Positions 23,941-38,826 of a DNA stretch of 64,000 bases are shown piece after piece. A model generated the notes under the pieces. It made no database searches, was not told where the DNA came from, and worked only from the letters and a program-made list of their open reading frames with translations. This DNA is from Dipteris shenzhenensis (taxonomy: Eukaryota), in assembly GCA_047967505.1 (NCBI GenBank), contig CM106538.1. One strand, 5' to 3'. The translations under genes and the position numbers were made by a program. Each line of letters begins with the position of its first letter. Within the stretch, counting starts at the first letter, position 1.

Positions 23941-26900
23941 TATTGAGAGTTCACGCTCAACATCATGTGATCATGTGTGCATAGCACCATCACGTGATCA
24001 TATGTGCATAACACTAACCTTATAGAGTGCTATAAAGGAAAGGGTTAGATCCTCTAACCCTAACCTTAAGAGGGTTTGTATATATTCTATTTTTTCAACT
24101 AAATCTACTGTACAGTTAGTCATTTGTGGTGTGCTCTCTAGTTGTGCCCTCTCTCCTCATGTCCACTCTTCTCCTCTCCCCTCTTCATATTTTGTCATGG
24201 TATCAGAGCATGGTTCTACCTTCCGCTGAGGTGCCATCCACCTTGTGAGAGTGAGATAGAGATTGAGATCGAGTTTTCTCTTCCGTGAGAGAAACTTCCG
24301 TTGAGTGAGCATTCTTTCATTTTGTTGATGATAGAAATTTCCATTCATTGAGAGAGATTTCCATCTATGTGAGATTGAGTGATTCCTTGTATTGTTCTTC
24401 GATTTCAGTTGAGGGAGAGAGATCCTTTGAGAGAAAGTTCTTCATTGAGAGAGTTTGTGTGAAAGTGAAAGAGAGATTTCTGCTAGCTGGAGGAAGAGAT
24501 TTCCATCCATTTTCATCTATTCATTCAGTTCTTTGAGAAAGGTTTCATTTGATGAGTGATTTTTCCATTCTATCCTTCTTGTATTGAGAGCTCTATTGCA
24601 AGATTTCTAAAGTACCATTTTGGAGTACTAAGAGAACTATAGTAACATCCGAGAGAGAGAGAAGACAATTATTCTCAGTGGCTAAGTGCATAGGGAGCTC
24701 CAACAACTAAAGCTCAGCCACTCCTCTAGCTCCAGCCAGCACTCGACTCTACAACCAGCTCAGTTGCAACCAACTCTCACTCCACGGCTCAACGAACTCA
24801 GCAAGAGATCACCTAATGTGCCGCTCCCATGACATCGGCTCCTCCGTGCATAGACAAGCTTCATAGCTGCCAAAGACGCCCGCAACCCAAGCTCCAAACT
24901 CCCAAAGTGGCACCTCCATCCTTAGGAGCTTTAGCCTTCTCAATGAGCTTCTGCCTCTAGCTTGCTCAACCCGATGATCCACCTGCAACAAGGCTCTTCC
25001 AAAGCTTTAGCATCGACCTACATCCTTCAAGATGATGGCACCCAGAAGAAAGAACTCCAAAAATTTAACACACATCCTAGTAATGCCTCCCCTGATAGCT
25101 CTTCCTGACGACTTACGGGACCCCATACCCTGTGATGCTAGCGATACCCTATGCCAATCGACCTCTCGACCTTTCTGCAACGACTAAGCAAAACTGCAGC
25201 TGCAAGGTGCCATCTCCATCATTCAGTCCGTCGCCTCCGTCGACCAAGATACCTGCATCTCTTTTCTGAGAGAGAAACTGCCATGTGGTAGATAAGGCCA
25301 CGTGGCACTCTTCAAACCACACCCACCTTGGGTCAAGGTAACCCGAGTAGCATCACTCTGGTTAGAAGTGGATAGGGTTGGTCAGCCTAACCCTAGTCAG
25401 TGAACCTGATAAGGTTGGCCCCTAGCTATTGTTAGACAATTGTGGGTAAGTCAAGTGAACCACGGTTAAATTGGTTGGTTAGATTGTTGCCATGTGGCAA
25501 TCTTATCTCTGAAGCTACAACATCATCATCTTATCTTCAGCTACCATGTCATCAGCCACATCAGCACAAACACATCATCTGGCCATGTCATCAACCACAT
25601 CAGCTATCCACATCACTTCTACCATGTCATCCTACCACATCATGCTGCCACCTCAGCAGTGCCACCTCAGCTGTCCCCTGCAGGCACAGTTATTTCATGT
25701 GACCACTTCTGCCACCTCAGCACAGGGCTTCATAGGCACACCTCTTGCTAGGCACAATGCCACATCATCACTGCATGTGACTCACAGTGAGACATCATCA
25801 TTGGGCACATTTGCACTCCTTCTGCCCCTCCACCTAGATCAAGTCGTATCTCTTGATCCAGGAAGAATTTGAGGGCGCTTCAAAAAGGAAAATCGCTCAT
25901 TTTTTTATGCTCTACACACTCATCACATCACATGCACATTTTGGCACAAGTTACACTCACATTTTAGCCTCTCTGTCAAAACCACTTCCTTCATGCACAT
26001 TTGCCTCTACATCGATGCATCTGACCCAGCACTTAAAAGGAACAAAAGAAAAGGAATTATTTGCTGTTTTTTCATCGATCGATGGCTGTTTAGATCTAGA
26101 TTAGAGTAGACTAGATCGCCATAGAGGGGACGCTTTGAATTTCCCCAAGTTTCCAATCTAAGCCATGCCCGAAATTCTCGACTAGTACCTACTCGGAGTT
26201 AATCCATACACTCACATATGGTTTCACATCATTATATTACCTGAAACCTTACGTTCATCAGTTCAGTGAGCAGACTTCAGAGGTCATAGGCATTGCAGAT
26301 TGATTCAATGGGCAGATAACATTTGATTTCACAAACACATGCCACCATTCTAAAGCCTATTCGGCTAATTCACGGCATCGTGCACATCATTTCAGCCTTG
26401 TAAAGCCTCTTGGCTATTCCTGGCATCATTGCCACAAGCCTTGTAATACAGATCAGATTTTATATACTGTAGCTCTATCTTCACTGACAGTATAGAGATT
26501 TCACTTGGCATAGACAGTGTATTTGTAGTTGATTCATACAAAGATTTTCATGACACTTTTTGAGTAATTTCTTGCACCATATCGACTAGCAACCTCAATT
26601 TGTATGCATCGGCTAAGTTAGACAGCTCTAATTATGGTACATGGAAATACCGAATGGAGACCATTCTTGTACTTCAGGACAAATGGGAGTATGTCGATGG
26701 GTCTACACCTAGACCATTAGCTGACCTAGCTACCAGTAGCTCTACTCCATCTGTTGTCATAGCACTAACAATGGGATCTACATCTACACAAACAGTTTAT
26801 GCACCAGTAGCAGATCCTGCCATTGCCCAAGCTCAAGCAGAATGGGATAAGAAAGACAAGTATGCCTATCACCTGTTCAAGCAGAATGTGCAAGATGTCA

Positions 26901-27472
26901 TGCTAGGACAACTCAACACAGTCAAGACATCAAAGGAAGCATGGGATATGTTCATAGCTCTCTATGAGTCCAAGAACACATCCATGATTCTCACCCTGAG
27001 AAACTAGATCAACCAGAGTTTTCGCAACAGCAGTGAAACCATTCATGCTTATGTACTCCGCATAAAAGACTACAACAATCAACTTGCAGCAGTAGGAGAG
27101 ACTATGAACCTCATAGAAATGGTTCAAGTAATCCTGAATGGAGTAGGAGAGGGATACGAGAATCTAGTCCAAACTATTTTCATCCAATGGCTAATTCCAA
27201 CACTGAAAGAACTTCAGTCAGTTCTACTTGGTGAAGAACTCAGGAATCAGGCCATTCAAGCACGTAAAGGTCATTCTAATGATTAGGCATTCACACCTTT
27301 AGATAGAAGCAAAGGCAGAGGCAAAGGCAGAGGTAGATCATATAAAAAAAATGGTCATCATCAACAAAATCAGTCAGCATCAACATCAACATCAACATCA
27401 TCCTCAGCAACATCAGAATCAGCAAAGAGGAAATGATTCCAAGCGAGGAAGATTTCAAGGACGAGGGAATGC

Positions 27473-30400
27473 TATTGAGATATTGAGCTCCACTCATGAT
27501 ATGCCAGGGTGACCATTGTGCATTTATGTCATCGACTTGTTAGCTGCAGATGCAGTTGGTACACCGCCCATGAATAATAGCTGGATGACAGCTATCCTTA
27601 TGTACTCTAGTTCGTGACTCAATTAGTATGCCACCTTAGTTAGCTGAGTTTGGTTTGAGACCCACATATAGGGTTCTTCTATTTCTTTGTACTAGAGTTC
27701 TTTTGGCTTACACAACTAAGAAGAGGAAAACTGTTTTCAGCCTCCACCTTTGTGTGTATTCCCCCATTGTGTATGTGAGAAAGCCACAAGTGAGACTCCT
27801 TCCTTCTCTTCCACTATCTTCACATGGTATCAGAGCCTGGTTCATGGTAAGGAGCTCAAAAAAGCAAACCAAGTTTGCGGTGTCCTAGTAAGAGGACCAG
27901 TGTTGCTTTCCTTTTTCGAGTTTGGGAGCAAACCTCTGTAGGTAGCACAGCCAGAAAGTGCAAGAGTGCATTGTCTCAGATTGAGACACCCTTGGCGGTG
28001 TGGCGAGAGGGCAATATATGCTGCGGGACAATGCAAAGCCCTGGGTGACTTTATTTTTCTGATTCGAGGCCATTTGGGGCCTATTTTGGAGGCGGAAGTT
28101 CTCCGCAAGCACTGAGAAAAAGGCCCTGTTTTTGCTGTGCGACCACTGCTCTACAGGTCGGTGAAAAGTTGCCACGGAACCCCACAAAAATTGCATCGTA
28201 TGCCTATGCATCAAGACATTAGGAGTTGCAGAATCATCCTTATTGCCTATTGATGAAAAATCATCACTAGGAAGTGACTGTGTGGTCAAATACCACTTTC
28301 GTCAATTTTGCAAATTTTGCCCGTGTGAGGCAGAAGTTGTGTTTTTGGCAGTGATAGAATATTTTGCAGTGTTCTGTAATGGCGTCTGATTCTCTTTCAT
28401 AGATTGTCACTGAAAAGCTTGACAAGAACAACTTCCAAGCATGGAAGTTTAGAATGATGAATTTCCTTATGGGAAAAGGCTATTGGGAGTTCATTACAGG
28501 AAATGAAGAAGAACCAGTTCTTTTTAATGTTCCCAATCAACAGGAAATGCAGGCATTTAAAGGATGGCATGAGAGAGCCAAAAAAGTTATGTATTGGCTA
28601 TCTATCAGTATTTTGGATTCTATAATTGTGCATATTCAGGATGCAAGTACGCCAAATGAGGCATGGGATACTTTGGCAAAAATGTATAGCACAAATACGC
28701 AAGCCATGAAAATGCAGCTCAAGCAAGAGTTGCACAATGTGTAGAGAGAAAATATGAGCATTAATGACTACCACATGAAGGTGAAGAAAATTGTAGATGC
28801 ACTTGCTTCCATTGGGTCGCTAGTGGAAGATGATGATCTAGTTTCTGTGAGCTTGAATGGTCTAGGAAAGGATTATGCACAGTTTCGGACATCCATCGCC
28901 GTCCGTGAAAAATTTTCTGATTTTGAGGAGTTGTTTGCTCTTCTAATTTCTGAAGAGCTGAGAAATGGTGGTGCATCTTCTTCAGGAGGAACTTCAAAAG
29001 AAACTGTCTTCTACTCAAATGCTGGAAGAGGTAGAGGCAGAGGTAGAGTAGGCCACCAATCTGGAGGCCATGGTAAAAATCAGAATGTGTAGCAAACTCA
29101 AGAAAACCAGCCTATGGAGGAGGACGTGGTAACTCTAGAGATAGGGGGAACCAAAGAGGTCATGGTGGATGGCAGAGAGGCCAAAATGCAAACAGCAATG
29201 TTGAATGCTACTACTGTGGTAAAATGGGTCATATGGCTAAAGACTCTGCTACAAAAAGTAGAATGACATTATGAATGGAAAATTACAGCAAGGCAATTAT
29301 GCATCCTCTAGTAGACAGGGTGATGACAGAAATGAGCATTTATTTATGGTGCAGCACATGACCAATTCTGTGACAAGTACAGAAGAAAGCAATGATGTGT
29401 GGTATGTTGACTCAGGTGCGTCAAACCACATGACAGGTCATGCAAAATGGATGTAGGATGCAAGGAAAATAGAAAGACCAAGATTTGTGGAGATTGGTGA
29501 TGATACTACACACCCTATTGTGCAGATTGGTGATGATACTACCCATCCTTTGTCTATGTAGGATGGGAAAAAGAAATACCTGTCCGATGTATTTCATGTC
29601 CCGATTATCACCAAGAACCTAGTTTCTATTGGTCAAATGGTTGAGCAGGGCTTGCAGGTCAGATGTAATCCTCATGGATGCTTTGTTGAGGATATGAAAA
29701 ATAATGGTCGCTTGATAGCAAAAGGAAAGAAGAAGGGTAGGATGTTTACGTTGGATGCGGACATGCTTGAATTGAGTGTAACAATGTTTGCACATGGGAC
29801 CAGTGTAGTTGCAGATATTGATATCTGGCATAAACGCATTGGTCATGTTAATGTACAATGACTTAAATCAATGCAGGCCCAAAATATTGTTGCAGGATTG
29901 CCTAAATTCAAGGTTGCAGAAATGCATAAGGTATGTGAAGCCTGTCAATTCGGAAAATAGGCAAGGAAACCATTTCCTAGACATGTTCAAGAGAGTAAGA
30001 AGCCATTGGAATTAATCCACTCTGATGTGTGAACTACTAAACCTGCATCTATTGGAGGCTATCATTATTTTGTCACTTTTATTGATGACTACAGTAGAAA
30101 AGTTTGGGTGTATTTTATGAAAAAGAAAAGTGAAGTGTTTGGGCATTTCAAAGCTTTCAAAGCTATGGTTGAAAAAGAAACGGGCTTGCAAATAAAATGC
30201 CTAAGGTCAGATGGAGGGGGAGAGTACCTCTCAAATGAGTTTGCAAGGTTCCTATAGGAGCATGGCATAAAGCAGCAATATTCATGCAATCATACCCCAC
30301 AGCAAAATGGACTTGCAGAAAGGAAAAACAGGCATATTGGAGAGGTATCTCGGCCATGTTAAATGAAAAAGACCTACCAAATTATCATTGGATTGAAGCA

Positions 30401-33008
30401 GTTGCTACAGTAGTTTACATAATAAACAGGACTCCCACTGCAGCAATACTTGGCATGACACTAGAGGAGATGTATAATGGTAGAAAACTAGATATTTCTC
30501 ATTTGAAAATTTTTGGTTGCATTGCCTATCTTCATGTGCCAGATGAGTTGAGGTCCAAGTTGGATCCAAAAGCTGATAAGTGCATCTTTATTGGTTATTC
30601 TCTGCAGCAAAAATGGTATAGATGCTATAACCCTTCTACTTGTAAGTCTACAGTGAGCAGAGATGTTGTTTTTGATGAGATGAGCAGCTGGTATAAACTA
30701 GTAAATGTGATTGATGATGTAGATGCACAAAATGGTAATGCTACACAGAATTCATTGCAGCAATCACAAAATATTAGTGGACTTCCAGTGTCCTCTAGTA
30801 GTGGTTCACATACTTCACCATGGATAGGCAGATTGAGATCAGGAGAATCTCCTCAAAGCAATGCAGATAGTGGTATGCAGGTATCACGAAAAGGAAAAGA
30901 GAAGGTAGATCAGCCCATGTTTGATGTGAATGCAGGTCACTCTTATGTGGATGGTGAATCCAGTTGCTCAAAACAGAGCATTGATGATGAGTTGGGTATT
31001 CCTTCTCTTGTTACACCTGGAGTAAGGAAGACCAGGGATGTTTTGAGAGCTTTTGGAAATGAGCCTATTTTGTGCAGGTCTAGCAGAGCTAGAACCCACT
31101 TCTTTTGAGCAAGCCATGGGAAAAGAAAAGTGGGAGAAAGCCATGGATGAAGAAATGGATGCCATGGAAGCAAATGCTACATGGGAATTAGTGCCTTTGC
31201 CTAAAGACAAGAATGCACTTGGCTGTAAGTGGGTTTATAAGGTGAAGCACAATGCAGATGGTTCTATGAACAGATACAAGGAAAGATTAGTTGTCAAGGG
31301 TTATGTATAGACATATGGCATTAATTATGAAGAAACATTCAGTCCAGTTGCAAGGATGGCAACTGTAAGAGTAGTCATTGCTATGGCTACATCAAAGGGA
31401 TGGTCTTTACATCAGATGGATGTGAAGAATGCCTTCTTGCATGGTGATTTGCAAGAAGAGGTCTTTATGGAGCTGCCACCAGGTTATGTTCATGCTGTTC
31501 ATCCTAAGTTTGTTTGCAGGTTGAAGAAAGCCTTGTATGGCTTGAAGCAAGCACCTAGAGCATGGTCTGACAAGATAGGACAGTATCTTGTCACTATTGG
31601 CTTTCAGATTTCCAAGGTAGATTTCTCACTTTACGTGAGAAAAACAGAGAAAGGTATTATGCTGCTTGTCATTTATGTTGATGATTTGATCATTACAGGT
31701 GATAGTGATGAAGATATCCTTCATGTGAAAATGCTATTGAAGCAAAAGTTTGAGATGAAGGATTTGGTAGAGCTGTGTTATTTCTTGGGCATTGAGGTGA
31801 TTAGATCATCAAGTGGGATACGGCTCTTGCAGAGGCAGTATGGATTGGACATGTTGTCCAAATATGGGATGATAAACTGTAAGCCTATTTCAGTTCCTTT
31901 GGAGCAGAATGTGAAGCTGAGCGCAGATGCAAGTGAGCTTCTGGAAGACCCTACTATGTACAGACGCATAGTAGGAAGTTTGATTTATAAGACTATTACT
32001 AGGCAAGATTTGAGCTATGCTGTTGGATTGGTAAGTCAATTTATGCAGGCTCCAAGGAAACCGCATTTGGATGCGGCTAGATGCATACTCAGGTATGTGA
32101 AGTCCACATTGTAGTATGGACTATTTTGTGAGGCTGGGGTTCAGATACAATTGCATGGATACACTAATGCTGATTGGGCTAGTAGTATTTCTGATAGACG
32201 ATCTACCAGTTGATATGTGTTCTCTTTTGGGAGTGCTGCAGTCACTTGGAGGAGCAAGAAACAGCTTACAGCTGCCTTATCGAGCACAGAGGCTGAGTAC
32301 AGGGGTGCAACAATGGCTGCATGTGAGGTAGCTAGGTTGCATAAGCTACTTTATGATATGCATTAGTCTACAGATGGGCCAGTTATCATTTATTGTGACA
32401 ACATGAGCAGTATACACTTGGCATATACACTTGGCAAATAACGCAGTCTATCATGGTAGAACAAAGCACATTGAGGTGCATTATCACTATGTGTGGGAGA
32501 AGGTTTTACTAGGTCTTATTGATCCAGTTTATGTCAGCACATAGAATCAGGTAGCTGACATATTCACGAAGGCATTGGGCACAGAGAAATTGCACAAGTT
32601 TAGAGACCTGCTTGGTGTGCAGGAATTGGGATTGAGCTCATGGGGGAGTGTTGAGATATCGAGCTCCACTCATCCACTCATGATATGCCAGGGTGACCGT
32701 TGTGCATTTATGTCACTGACTTGTTAGCTGCAGATGCGGTTGGTACACCGCCCATGAATAATAGCTAGATGATAGCTATCCTTATGTACTCTAGTTCGTG
32801 GCTCAGTTAGTATGCCACCTTAGTTAGCTGAGTTTGGTTTGAGACCCACATATAGGGTTCTTCTATTTCTTTGTACTAGAGTTCTTTTGGCTTACACAAC
32901 TAAGAAGAGGAAAATTGTTTTTAGCCTCCACCTTTGTGTGTATTCCCCAATTGTGTATGTGAGAAAGCTGCAAGTGAGACTCCTTCCTTCTCTCCCACTA
33001 TCTTCACA
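27473..33008 (+). mobile_element. Ty1/copia F nested in the gag of E; full-length but decayed
   Basis: LTRs 27473-27824 and 32649-33008, TSD AATGC, PBS at 27825, PPT ggggga. Motifs WYVDSGAS, LRSDGGGEY, HQMDVKNAFL and IYVDDL. Confidence 0.96.
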
Positions 33009-36000
33009 AATGCATCCACCAATGTGTCAAACATTTAGTGCAACTACTATCAGAAGTTTGGACACTATGAAAGAGATCACCGCAAGAAGCAGTACGACCA
33101 AGGTGGTCAATCCAGTAGCAATCAAGGGAATTCCTAAGGCAAAGGAAATCATCATGGCGGACATTCTAGTCACAGTCATTTTGTAAATGAACATGGAAAT
33201 ATGTTTCTTGCAAGCGAGAAATTGCATCAGATTGATACAGTGTATCTAGACACTGATTTCAATCCCAAAGAGGATTACAGCTATCAAGTCGACCAAGTGG
33301 TATAGGATCCTTGGTACATCGATAGCGGTGCATCATCTCACATGAGATATCATCAGGAATGGTTCATAGAAATGAAACCATTAGAAGGACAGAAAATTGT
33401 CATCTACACAGCAGACAATACACTAAATCCGGTACAAGGGACAGGTGCTATCCCTATGAACAATTTCACTGGTATGAAAGGATTGGTCAAAGATGTTCTC
33501 TATGTTCCGAAGCTCAGCAAAAACCTCTTGTTAGTAGGTCAAATGACTAAACACAATTACAAAGTCATCTTCGATGGTGATGAATGCACTATCAGAGACA
33601 AATCCAAAAGATGTCAGCTAGTAGCAAAAGGTGTCAAGGAAGGATGCTTATACAGAATGCTAGCTATAGTACTAAATAAGCATGCCATGTCAGCTCAACT
33701 GCAACAAATGCCACTATCTGCAAAATGGTACAAGAGATATGGTCATGTCAACTTCAAGTACTTGTTAGATCTCAGGAATCAGAATATGGCAATTGGGATT
33801 CTGAAGCTATAGTTTCTTGGAAAAGTTTGTGAAGCATGCTACTTCGGCAAACAAAAGCGAACCAACTTTGTCAGAAGTACCTCTCGTGCATGAGGTATTC
33901 TTGATTTGATACATACAGATGTATGGGGTTATGCCTAGACCCGCAACATCAATGGTTCACTTTACTACTTGACTTTCATCGACAACTACAATAGATATTG
34001 TTGGGTCTACTTTTTGAGAGAGAAATCTAAAGTGTTTTTTAGATTTCAAGAATTCAAAGCCATGGTAGAAAACTAGACAGGCAGAAAGATTAAGGTCATG
34101 AGATCAGATAGAGGAGGTGAATACATGTCTTCAGCATTCATGAACTTTTGCAAAAGTCACGGCAGTCGAAGACAATTCACATGTGCAGATACTCCTTCGC
34201 AGAATGCAAGAGCTGAAAGGAAGAATGGAACTTTAGTAGATAGTGCTAGAGAAATGCTTAGTGAAAAGCATCTTCCAAATCAGTATTGGGTAGAAGCAAT
34301 AGCTACAGCAAACTACTTGCTTAATCAGCTTCCTACCAAATGGATACAAGTTATGACTCCTTATAAAGCATTCAGTGGACACAAGCCACACATTGGGCAT
34401 CTCCGCATATTTGGTTGCATAGCATATGCCCACATACATGATGATCATCGTAGGAAATTGGATGTGAAGTCACGTAAATGCATCATGCTTGGCTACAGTG
34501 AAGAAAGCAAAGCATACAAATTTTATGATCGCATCAACCGCAAAATCATTATCTCCAAAGATGTAATCTTTGATGAGGAATCAGAATGGAAAACCTCACC
34601 TACACAGGAGATAGAGGCATTGACTTCACAGTCATCTACAGAATAGGTTGATGAAGAAGAGCAAGAATTGACAGCAACACCCCAAGCAGAGCCACATCAG
34701 CTCAGACGGTCTACTAGGGAAAGCAGACCTCCAGCCAGATTGACATATGCTCAGAAAGGCAAAGCAATTCAGGTGGAAACCACCAATTATGCTCTTATGA
34801 CTACCATCATGGCTACAGAAGAGCTAGTGTACTTCAAAGATGCAGTAGACAAGCCAGAATGGCAAATTGCTATGAATGAAGAAATGGATGCTTTGTATAA
34901 GAATAATACTTGGGAATTATGCGACCTTCCACTAGGAAAGAAGGCCATAGCAAACAAATGGGTATACAAAGTGAAGTACAATCCAGATGGCAGTATTCAA
35001 AGATATAAATCCAGATTAGTTGCAAAAGAATTTGCACAACAATATGGTTAGGACTATGATGAGACTTATGCTCCAGTAGCAAAGATGGATTCCATATGGT
35101 TCTTGATATCACTAGCGACACTCAGTAAATGGAATGTGTATCAGCTCGATGTCAAGAATGCATTTCTCAATGGTTATCTAGACGAGGAAGTCTACATGCA
35201 ATAACCAGCAGGTTATGTTGAACTAGGAAAGGAGAATAAGGTTTGCCATCTCAAGAAAAGTCACTATAGCTTAAAACAAGCACCCAGAAGTTGGTATAGC
35301 AGAATCAACAAGTATTTTGCTGATCTGGGATACATGAAGTCCAATGCAGATCATACTCTCTACTTCAAAGTTCAAGGAGAAGACATTACTATTGCACTTT
35401 TGTACGTAGATGATCTGATTGTGATAGGAAGTAAGGATAGCTTCATCAAAAAATTGAAACAAGAATTATTTGTAGAGTTTGACATGACAGATCTTGGACT
35501 TATGCACTATTAACTTGGAATTGAGTTCTGGAGAGATTCAAATAGCACATTCATGAGTCAGCTCAAGTATGTTGACAGTCTCCTGAAGAAGTTTCATATG
35601 GCAGATTGCAAGATTGCAGCCACTCCCATGGAACAGAGTTTGAAACTTACTAAAGATTCAAAAAAGCCTACATTCAATGACAGATACTACAAGTAGCTCA
35701 TCGGATCTCTTATATATCTAACATTCACACGGCTAGATATTTGTTACGCAGTAAGCTCACTAGCATAGTTTATGGCAAATCCAAAACAGTCTCACTGGAA
35801 TGCAGCCAAAAGAGCCTTGAGATACATCAGAGGTACAAGACAGTTTAGGATAGAATACAGAGGAAGTCATCCATGGTTGCATAGATACTGTGATAGTGAC
35901 TATGCTGGAGATCATGAGACCAGGAGATCGACACAGGGATATGCATTTTTCCTTAGTCAAGATGCTATATCATGGTTGTCAAAAACAAACAGCCAACTGT

Positions 36001-36316
36001 TTCTTTGTCTTCGACTGAAGAAAAATATAGAGAACTCACTACAGTTGCATGTGAGGCTATATGGCTCAGAAGACTATTGTCAAAAATAGATTACTTTGAT
36101 GAGTCTAAGCCAACAACAATATACTATGATAATCAATCGGCTCAAGCATTGGCCAAAAATCTAGTATATCACTCCAGGACAAGCACATTGATGTCAGAGA
36201 GCACTTCATCAGAGAAAGAGTGTTACTTGGCGACATCACACTGCAGCATTGTGATAGCAAAGAGAATGTTGCAGACATCTTTACCAAACCACTCGGTAAA
36301 GAGCTATTCGAGAAAC

Positions 36317-37012
36317 TGTTAGAATCCAAGAGCATGTGCCTAGCGTGCCCCCCGCCAAGACCGCTAGCACCTCATGGAAGTGCACAACCTTCATGGCCAC
36401 TATGGAGGCTCTGGCATGTGTGTATGGCAGGTCCCCACCCCTGCCATAAGGCACCCTTGCCTAGCCAGCCCTCCAACCTCCACAAAAGGCAAGCTTGGGG
36501 GAATTGAAGATAGGAGGGGCAACTTGGACTATTTATGTCCCTTCATCTTCCACACACCTTTGTATGTGGGATAATTCAACCCTTTCTCCTTCTTCTTATC
36601 CCCTTTGTCCATGAGAGATTTGCACCTCCAACACCCCCCTCCAATCGATCATGGAGAGAGGTGGCCGGGGATCAGACCCGGGGGCTCTGATACCATGTTA
36701 GAATCCAAGAGCATGTGCCTAGCGTGCCCCCCGCCAAGATCGCTAGCACCTCACGGAAGTGCACAACCTTCATCGCCACTACGGAGGCTCTGGCATGTGT
36801 GTATGGCAGGTCCCCACCCCTGCCATAAGGCACCCTTGCCTAGCCAGCCCTCCAACCTCCACAAAAGGCAAGCTTGGGGGAATTGAAGATAGGAGGGGCA
36901 ACTTGGACTATTTATGTCCCTTGATCTTCCACACACCTTTGTATGTGGGATAATTCAACCCTTTCTCCTTCTTCTTATCCCCTTTGTCCATGAGAGATTT
37001 GCACCTCCAACA
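36317..37012 (-). mobile_element. TRIM (terminal-repeat retrotransposon in miniature)
   Basis: Two 317-bp LTRs (36317-36633 and 36696-37012). The 62-bp interior holds little beyond the PBS (TGGTATCAGAGC, minus strand) and the PPT. TSD GAAAC. Confidence 0.95.
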
Positions 37013-37423
37013 GAAACACCGACTAGCTCTTGGTTTGATGCAGAGGAAGGACATTCTCATTAAAGGGGTGTGATGGAATGTAATGCTCAGTCCTTCTTTG
37101 ATTCCCCAGAATCATCATCTTGAGGGAAGACATACTTCATGATGTTGATCTTGAGAGAAGGTGTTGAGAGTTCACGCTCAACATCATGTGATCATGTGTG
37201 CATAGCACCATCATGTGATCATATGTGCATAGCACTAACCTTATAGAGTGCTATAAAGGAAAGGGTTAGATCCCCTAACCCTAACCCTAAAAGGGTTTGT
37301 ATATGTTCTATTTTTTCAACTAAATCTAGTGTACAATTAGTCATTTGTGGTGTACTCTCTAGCTGTGCCCTCTCTCCTCATCTCCACTCTTCTCCTCTCC
37401 CCTCTTCATATTTTGTCAAAGTC

Positions 37424-38826
37424 CTCATTTAAAGGAGCTTAATCAAAAGGCTATGGCACTATGTAGTCAGTTTGATTTTTGCAAGTTTGTTCATATAAAC
37501 AGATAATAAAATCAAAGGGCAGATGAGTTAGCTACTCAAGCCATTGTAGTACAAGACCAGGGGGTGGTTTCTTTAGTAGACACTGGATGACCATAACTGC
37601 AAGATGTTTAGCAATATGTGGAAGAAGGCATGTTTTGTCGAGGGTTAACTCCAAAACAGAAGCAAAGATTGGTGAGGAAAGCTTGTCCCTATACTATTGT
37701 TGATGACATTCTTTATAAATTGGGAAAAGATAAGGTGCTCTCTCAGGTGGTCCATCCCATGGAGACTAGGAGAATCCTAGAAATGTGTCATGAATGCTCT
37801 GGTCATTTTGCTTTAGCAAGCACAACTAGGAGAATTCTTAATGTAGGTTACTTTTGGCCATGCCTCCATATATGAATGGTGTCGAAGTTGTAAAGTATGC
37901 CAAAAGTTTGGAAGGCGACAATTGATTCCTGGGCCCTTGAAGCCTATTCCAGCCATAGACCACTTGAGAGGTGGGGGTTGGACTTTGTGGGACCACTCCC
38001 TCGCTCATCTCAGGGCAAGCATTATTTATTGGTGGCCACAAATTATGCGACTCGATGGGCAGAGGCCAAGGCCATAGTCAATAGTAAGGTAAGCACAGTT
38101 GCAAAATTTCTCTTTGATCAAATTTGTTCACGCTTTGGTTTTCCTTTGGAAATTCTCACTCATGGAGGAACCTCTTTTAGAAATGAACCAATTGAAGATG
38201 TGGTGCATAAGCTAAAGATAAATCATAGCATGTCCATGCCATACTATCCCCAATGTAATGGCTTGGCTGAGAAAACAAATGGATTGTTGTGCAATTCAAT
38301 GGGAAAGCTTGTAGCCACTAAGAAAAGGCATTGGGATAGGCACTTGGCAGAAGTTTTATGGGCTTACAGAACCACACACAAGCTAGCTATTAGGTTTACA
38401 CCATGCCAACTAGTGTATGGAATAGAAGCCATTTTGCCCATTGAATCGGAGATACATAGTCTTCGCACTGCTTTTGCAAGAAAAGAAGGACAGGAGGATG
38501 CCTATGCTCAATGCTTGGTACAACTAGAAGCCTTGGATGAATGCAGATTATAGGCCTTACAAAACTTGGAAGCTTCTCAAAAAAGGCGCAAGGCCTACTT
38601 TGACACCAAATTATGCAAGAAGAAAGATATTGTAGAAGGAGATTTGGTTATCAGATTTGATAGCTGTATAGACAAGCGGCTAGACAAAAAGTTTATCGAC
38701 CGATGGGAGGGACCATATGGAGTCAAAAAGAAGTTCACAAATGGAACCTATCCATTTGAGGATGTTGATGGCATGGTGATACTCGGGTGCACCAATGAGT
38801 ATCACCTTAAATTCTTCTATGCTTGA
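37424..38826 (+). pseudogene. Gypsy C aRH C-terminus and integrase
   Basis: CHECSGHF zinc-finger region, WGLDFVGPLP, YYPQCNGLAE and the WEGPY (GPY/F) motif. Confidence 0.9.

Larger units (their letters stand above)
23941..37418 (+). mobile_element. Ty1/copia E nested in the aRH of C
   Basis: 257-bp LTRs 23941-24197 and 37162-37418, TSD AAGTC, PBS TGGTATCAGAGC at 24198. Gag from ~26580; PR, INT, RT and RH at 33300-36316. Confidence 0.95.

Noticed and set aside
24040-24080. Interstitial telomere
   Set aside because: Only 2-3 taaccc units, present inside both LTRs of E.
36317-37012. Cassandra element
   Set aside because: No recognisable 5S rRNA-like segment in the LTRs.
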